From Hypanus sabinus (lineage: Eukaryota), in the NCBI RefSeq assembly GCF_030144855.1, contig NC_082730.1:14198001-14262000 (forward strand): 64,000 nucleotides of DNA, read 5' to 3'. The translations under genes were made by a program, and so were the position numbers. Positions 61,801-64,000 of this stretch are shown here, in pieces (position 1 is the stretch's first letter; every line of letters starts with the position of its first letter). Under the pieces are notes generated by a model. The model was not told the DNA's origin, searched no databases, and saw only the letters and a list, made by a program, of their open reading frames with translations.

Positions 61801-63915
61801 GTGTAAATGTCAGAGTTTACAAATGGCCAAGAATAAGTGGTGAACCAGGACTAACCCTTTCCTATTCTTTACCACAGGCTCATTTACATAATTGTGCTCA
61901 GTGTCATTGGAATTCCTCTCATACTAGTTGTTGTTTGTCTACATTTCTGCCTGAAGAAAAAAAACAGGGGTAGGTTTCTTCTTTCCTTTAATTATTTCAT
62001 GATGAATATGATAGCTGGCTGCTGAATCTTAAGGAACTTGATTTGTTTGCAGTCAACAAAAAGCCAGGATTAGAGTGCCAATGTGTTGGTTTAAAATACA
62101 GGAATGAATCGTGTTGTTTCCACTTTAACCTGGTGACTCCATTGTTCCTGAAACATCAGGTGATGGAATATCATGTCAACTGTGTAATGGCAGAGAACCA
62201 AGAGGTTGGGTGGAAGAAAGATTCACATGGTCTCACCTGTACTAATCAGTTTTGGGGTATTATCTGCTGTATTTGAAAGTGTATTCAATAAGCTTGTCAT
62301 GGGGTAGGGACAAGGGTGCTGGGAGAGGACCCACATGCAGGACACAAACACGTCTTTCTTAGGTTCAATAAAATAGCATTTATTACTCGCTACACAGAAA
62401 ACCGGGAAATCAAGGAGGACAAAGAGGAACACGAACCTTGGTCTAGGGGACTAGGGTCTTGAAAACTGGGAACTTGGACAGCCATGGACCTTGGACTTGG
62501 ACAGTGGGAACATGGACATCCTCAGCCCTTGGACCCTGGGGACTGGGACCACCGTGGCCCTTGGACTTTTCCCCTGTGGACTGGGACCGCCGCAGACCTT
62601 GGACTCAGAGACTAGGACCTTGATTCACTGCAGCCAGAAAACATGGATACCATGGATCGCCTCAGCCAGAAACGTGGACACCAAAACACAGGACAAGGAA
62701 CCTTGAGCCAGGACCCCTCCCTCAGATCAGGCATTGAGCTGGGACTCTTCTTCGGGGGATAGACACAGACACTGGGCATGAACATCGAGCCAGAACTCCG
62801 CCTTCCACTCAGGCACCGAGCCAGGACTCTTCTAGGGGTAGACACGGACAATGGGCATGAGCATGAAGCCAGGACTCCATCTTCCACTCAGGCACCAAGC
62901 CGAGATTCTTCAAGGGGTAGACATAGACAATGGGCATGAACGTCGAGCCAGAACTCTGCCTTCCACAGGCACTGAGCTGGGACTCTTCGAGGGTAGACAC
63001 GGACAATGGGCATGAACGTTGAGTCAGGACTCTGCCTTCAACTCACCCCTGGCAGATTGACCTTGCTCGGACCCACTCTGATGAAGGAAGGCGAATTGCT
63101 GGTACTCCGATGCGGGCTTGTTGTAGTGATGGCAACTTGCTACGGCTCCTTAACACCCTTGCCCTGAACGGCGAAAGCCAGGGGATTATAAGCTGCCGGA
63201 TTGGGTCGACAGTAGATCACCTTAATTGCCAAGTTCAAGGGATGCATGAAACGGAATTAGAAGGGAACAAAGAGTCAATGGTCAGGATCATAATGCAACC
63301 TAACTAAATTTAAAGGGGAACCGATCCAGACCATGACAAAGCTGTTCCTCAGTATAACCACCAATTAAAAGCAATTATTTAGGCAATGTATGTGTAAAGT
63401 TGTACCCTTGTGTAATTCTTTAAAAAATGATCAAGTGTATGTTCTACCAATCTATAACTCACTGCATGTCATTAGAAAAATTTCCCTGCTTTGATTGGAA
63501 AATGTTACTGTAGATTAAGTTAGTGATCTGCTTTATTGAGATGACCCAGAGATGGGCCCCATCCATAGCGTAGAGGTTAGTGTGACAAGATTACTCCGAA
63601 GGACATGTTGGAGGTTGGAGCTCAGAGGTCAATTCTGGTGAAATTCTGTAGAGTCTCTACGTGTTCCACATTGAATGTGTGGGTATTTCTCGGGTGCTCC
63701 AGTTTCCTCCCAAAGTCCAAAGACACACCCGGTATGTTATTTGGTCATTATAAATTGTCCCATGATTAGGTTCAGGTTAATCAGACTTGTCGGGGCTGCT
63801 GTGTCAGTGTGTCTTGAAGGGCTTGAATGGCTTACTCTGTAGTGTATCACTAAATAAATACAGAAATAAATCATCTTGTCTCTTAAATAGACTTTGTAAA
63901 CCAGAGAAGAGAACT
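28774..63915 (+). CDS. Multi-exon CD300/pIgR-like (MDIR-type) receptor: signal peptide-(V-C2)x3-stalk-TM-cytoplasmic; 3' end outside the window
   Basis: join(28774..28810,40382..40696,41711..42031,44353..44667,48281..48601,51657..51971,53958..54278,56316..56394,61878..61969,63891..63915). All introns are GT-AG, phases match (1,1,1,1,1,1,1,2,1), and the 2141 nt read open with no stop. Confidence 0.85.
29693..29845 (+). mobile_element. Ty3/Gypsy gag fragment
   Basis: FSTLAEETGWNKRSLITAFQCGLN...SLDNLINLAI, a retrotransposon gag signature. Confidence 0.6.
30614..30682. repeat. (GA)n microsatellite within the LTR
   Basis: About 34 units; much shorter and interrupted in the other LTR. Confidence 0.95.
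34384..34401 (-). other. Primer-binding site complementary to tRNA-Pro
   Basis: The + strand atcccggtcgagccccca matches the tRNA-Pro 3' end ATCCCGGACGAGCCCCCA at 17 of 18 nt, 3 nt from the 5' LTR. Confidence 0.88.
35355..36120 (-). mobile_element. Older Gypsy integrase fragment, continuing at about 30146-30317
   Basis: VDCAGP...DAHSKW...DNGPMFTSEEF...HPASNGMAERAVQTVK; Y-V-LEDG...HLDHMRK; the left flank gives SERTRKPVKYY then ggtggggag. Confidence 0.85.
38130..38675. mobile_element. Penelope remnant with inverted pseudo-LTR ends
   Basis: gatgctggaaattcag...aatgctgaaggaattcagc opposite ctgctgagctcctccaatgttttg...ggaattccagtatctgcag. Confidence 0.7.
39470..40285 (+). mobile_element. CR1 ORF1 fragment (SGNH esterase-like) about 100 nt upstream of V1
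   Basis: MELEVQLNDL; AVIGNSIVRGSDRRFSGCRKDTRMVVCLPDARVRDV; VVHTGTN. Confidence 0.88.
40382..40696 (+). CDS. IgV exon V1, CD300/pIgR type
   Basis: tttcag| acceptor, G|gtaggt donor, 315 nt. IDCHH...KYWCHGWTVQC...RVSITD...DTGWYSCG has the canonical C-W-C plus the extra C-C' Cys pair of CD300/pIgR V domains. Confidence 0.93.
41090..41659. mobile_element. Non-autonomous Tc1-derived element; partial copy at about 48020-48229
   Basis: Terminal ctttatt.ggtac / gtac..aataaagtggc TIR-like ends, including a nested palindrome at about 41101-41140. Confidence 0.65.
41711..42031 (+). CDS. Ig C2-type exon (type A, copy 1)
   Basis: tttcctgcag| acceptor, A|gtaagt donor, 321 nt. VSVSCESLQGSLPIQYSWY...YYCSASN resembles the FcRL/PECAM-like CExxxGSxPIxYxW motif. 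Confidence 0.9.
42200..43850 (+). mobile_element. Cluster of CR1 fragments with an intervening LINE tail
   Basis: NYRPISMTSVVGKMLES (42424-42615); YENRLSELDLFSLEWRRMRGDLIEVYK (43444-43689). Confidence 0.8.
44353..44667 (+). CDS. IgV exon V2
   Basis: tttcag|, G|gtaagt, 315 nt. GALWAEDQVRGVVGRAVTIDCHY...KYWY...DRGYYKCG. Confidence 0.92.
46813..46946 (+). pseudogene. 5'-truncated remnant of the type-B C2 exon; reads to TGA at 46944-46946
   Basis: ttccacag| then EHMSVPLLQFLPPTSGSSCGDSVSVSCES, matching exon 53958 up to about 46899, then unrelated sequence (GLHITGQRECNYDSD*). Confidence 0.85.
46990..47960 (+). mobile_element. CR1 3' fragment at the duplication junction
   Basis: FADDTKLGG...LERLGLYTLEFRRMRGDLIE; tail (tgtctat)n at about 47947-47966; absent from the second duplicate. 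Confidence 0.92.
48281..48601 (+). CDS. Ig C2-type exon (type A, copy 2)
   Basis: tttcccacag|, A|gtaagt, 321 nt. 14 amino-acid differences from 41711-42031. Confidence 0.9.
51657..51971 (+). CDS. IgV exon V3 (duplicate of V2)
   Basis: tttcag|, G|gtaggt, 315 nt. About 16 nt and 12 amino-acid differences from V2. Confidence 0.92.
52849..52876. repeat. (ATTG)n microsatellite, expanded in duplicate 2 only
   Basis: About 7 units; the paralogous site near 45700 is short and interrupted. Confidence 0.9.
53958..54278 (+). CDS. Ig C2-type exon (type B)
   Basis: ttccacag|, G|gtaagt, 321 nt. EPPSVPFLQLSPATNGSSCGDSISVSCESVHGSLPIQYLWY...YYCKASN...STCRNVIEVNST. Confidence 0.9.
55171..55829. mobile_element. 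Probable solo LTR
   Basis: T(a)TGAA...TTTACA ends, tata on both flanks (possible 4-bp TSD), no coding sequence. Confidence 0.5.
56316..56394 (+). CDS. Thr/Ser-rich stalk exon EPIDFCENTVIETTTTAKGEESSSTK(M)
   Basis: ttttcttataacag| acceptor, AT|gtaaag donor. Phase 1-2 fits both neighbours; AT+G gives Met. Confidence 0.75.
56560..61100 (-). mobile_element. Long CR1 LINE (ORF1, APE, RT), degenerate, in the stalk-TM intron
   Basis: VIRDSTVRRADRRFCGCRKE...VVHIGTKDIG (ORF1); LDLALGNEPGQV (APE); YMDFSNAFD (RT); 3' end near 56560. Confidence 0.92.
58700..59347 (+). mobile_element. Penelope 3' fragment (GIY-YIG tail + pseudo-LTR) inserted in CR1
   Basis: RLGDRFAEHLRSV...LPVATHFN; flanking acatt(t/c)ctaac repeats (58689-58699, 59348-59358). 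Confidence 0.88.
61878..61969 (+). CDS. Transmembrane exon (M)LIYIIVLSVIGIPLILVVVCLHFCLKKKNR
   Basis: accacag| acceptor, G|gtaggt donor. About 25 hydrophobic residues followed by a basic stop-transfer sequence. Confidence 0.88.
62295..63338. mobile_element. Solo LTR-type element with an internal 79-bp minisatellite
   Basis: TGTCATGG...CCATGACA termini and a perfect 5-bp TSD AAGCT. Confidence 0.85.
63560..63860 (+). mobile_element. HE1/V-SINE-like element
   Basis: tagcgtagaggttag head, gggtgctccagtttcctcccaaagtccaaagac core, taaataaata tail. Confidence 0.75.
63891..63915 (+). CDS. Cytoplasmic micro-exon (D)FVNQRRE(L)
   Basis: cttgtctcttaaatag| acceptor, strong |gtgagt donor, in frame with the TM exon. 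Confidence 0.6.
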
Positions 63916-64000
63916 GTGAGTATCATGATCATCTGTGAGTTATTATCAGGTGGGGTATAAAACAACGTGATCCTTTCTGAATATTGTGTAGTAACCAGAG

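Noticed and set aside
62700-63040. Regularly spaced repeats resembling a CRISPR array
   Set aside because: Vertebrate DNA, no unique spacers and no cas genes; it is a contiguous minisatellite inside an LTR.

Overview
Eukaryotic genomic DNA. The repeat landscape (CR1/HER1-like LINEs, HE1/V-SINEs, Penelope, Rex1/Babar, L1, Gypsy) points to a cartilaginous fish, probably a ray or skate; this is inference. Most of the window is degenerate transposable elements, so most ORF-track entries are TE fragments or noise. The main host content is a spliced + strand immune-type receptor gene built from exons with canonical GT-AG sites and compatible phases: leader (28774-28810), V1, C2, V2, C2, V3, C2, Thr-rich stalk, transmembrane exon and a 25-nt cytoplasmic exon (63891-63915). 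It is open for 713 codons and continues past the window. CD300/pIgR-type V domains alternate strictly with FcRL/PECAM-like C2 domains. The third V-C2 module came from an internal tandem duplication of about 6 kb that left a truncated C2 exon at 46813. On the - strand at the left end are two paralogous promoter+leader cassettes (1300-1336, 6780-6819) of a divergently oriented family member. All three leaders share an upstream Ets/PU.1-type motif. Intron 1 carries a two-LTR, pol-less SCAN-type Gypsy element (tRNA-Pro PBS) nested in an older Gypsy. A near full-length decayed L1 and a CR1 lie between the divergent promoters. Exon coordinates were counted by hand; TE boundaries are approximate unless a TSD is given.
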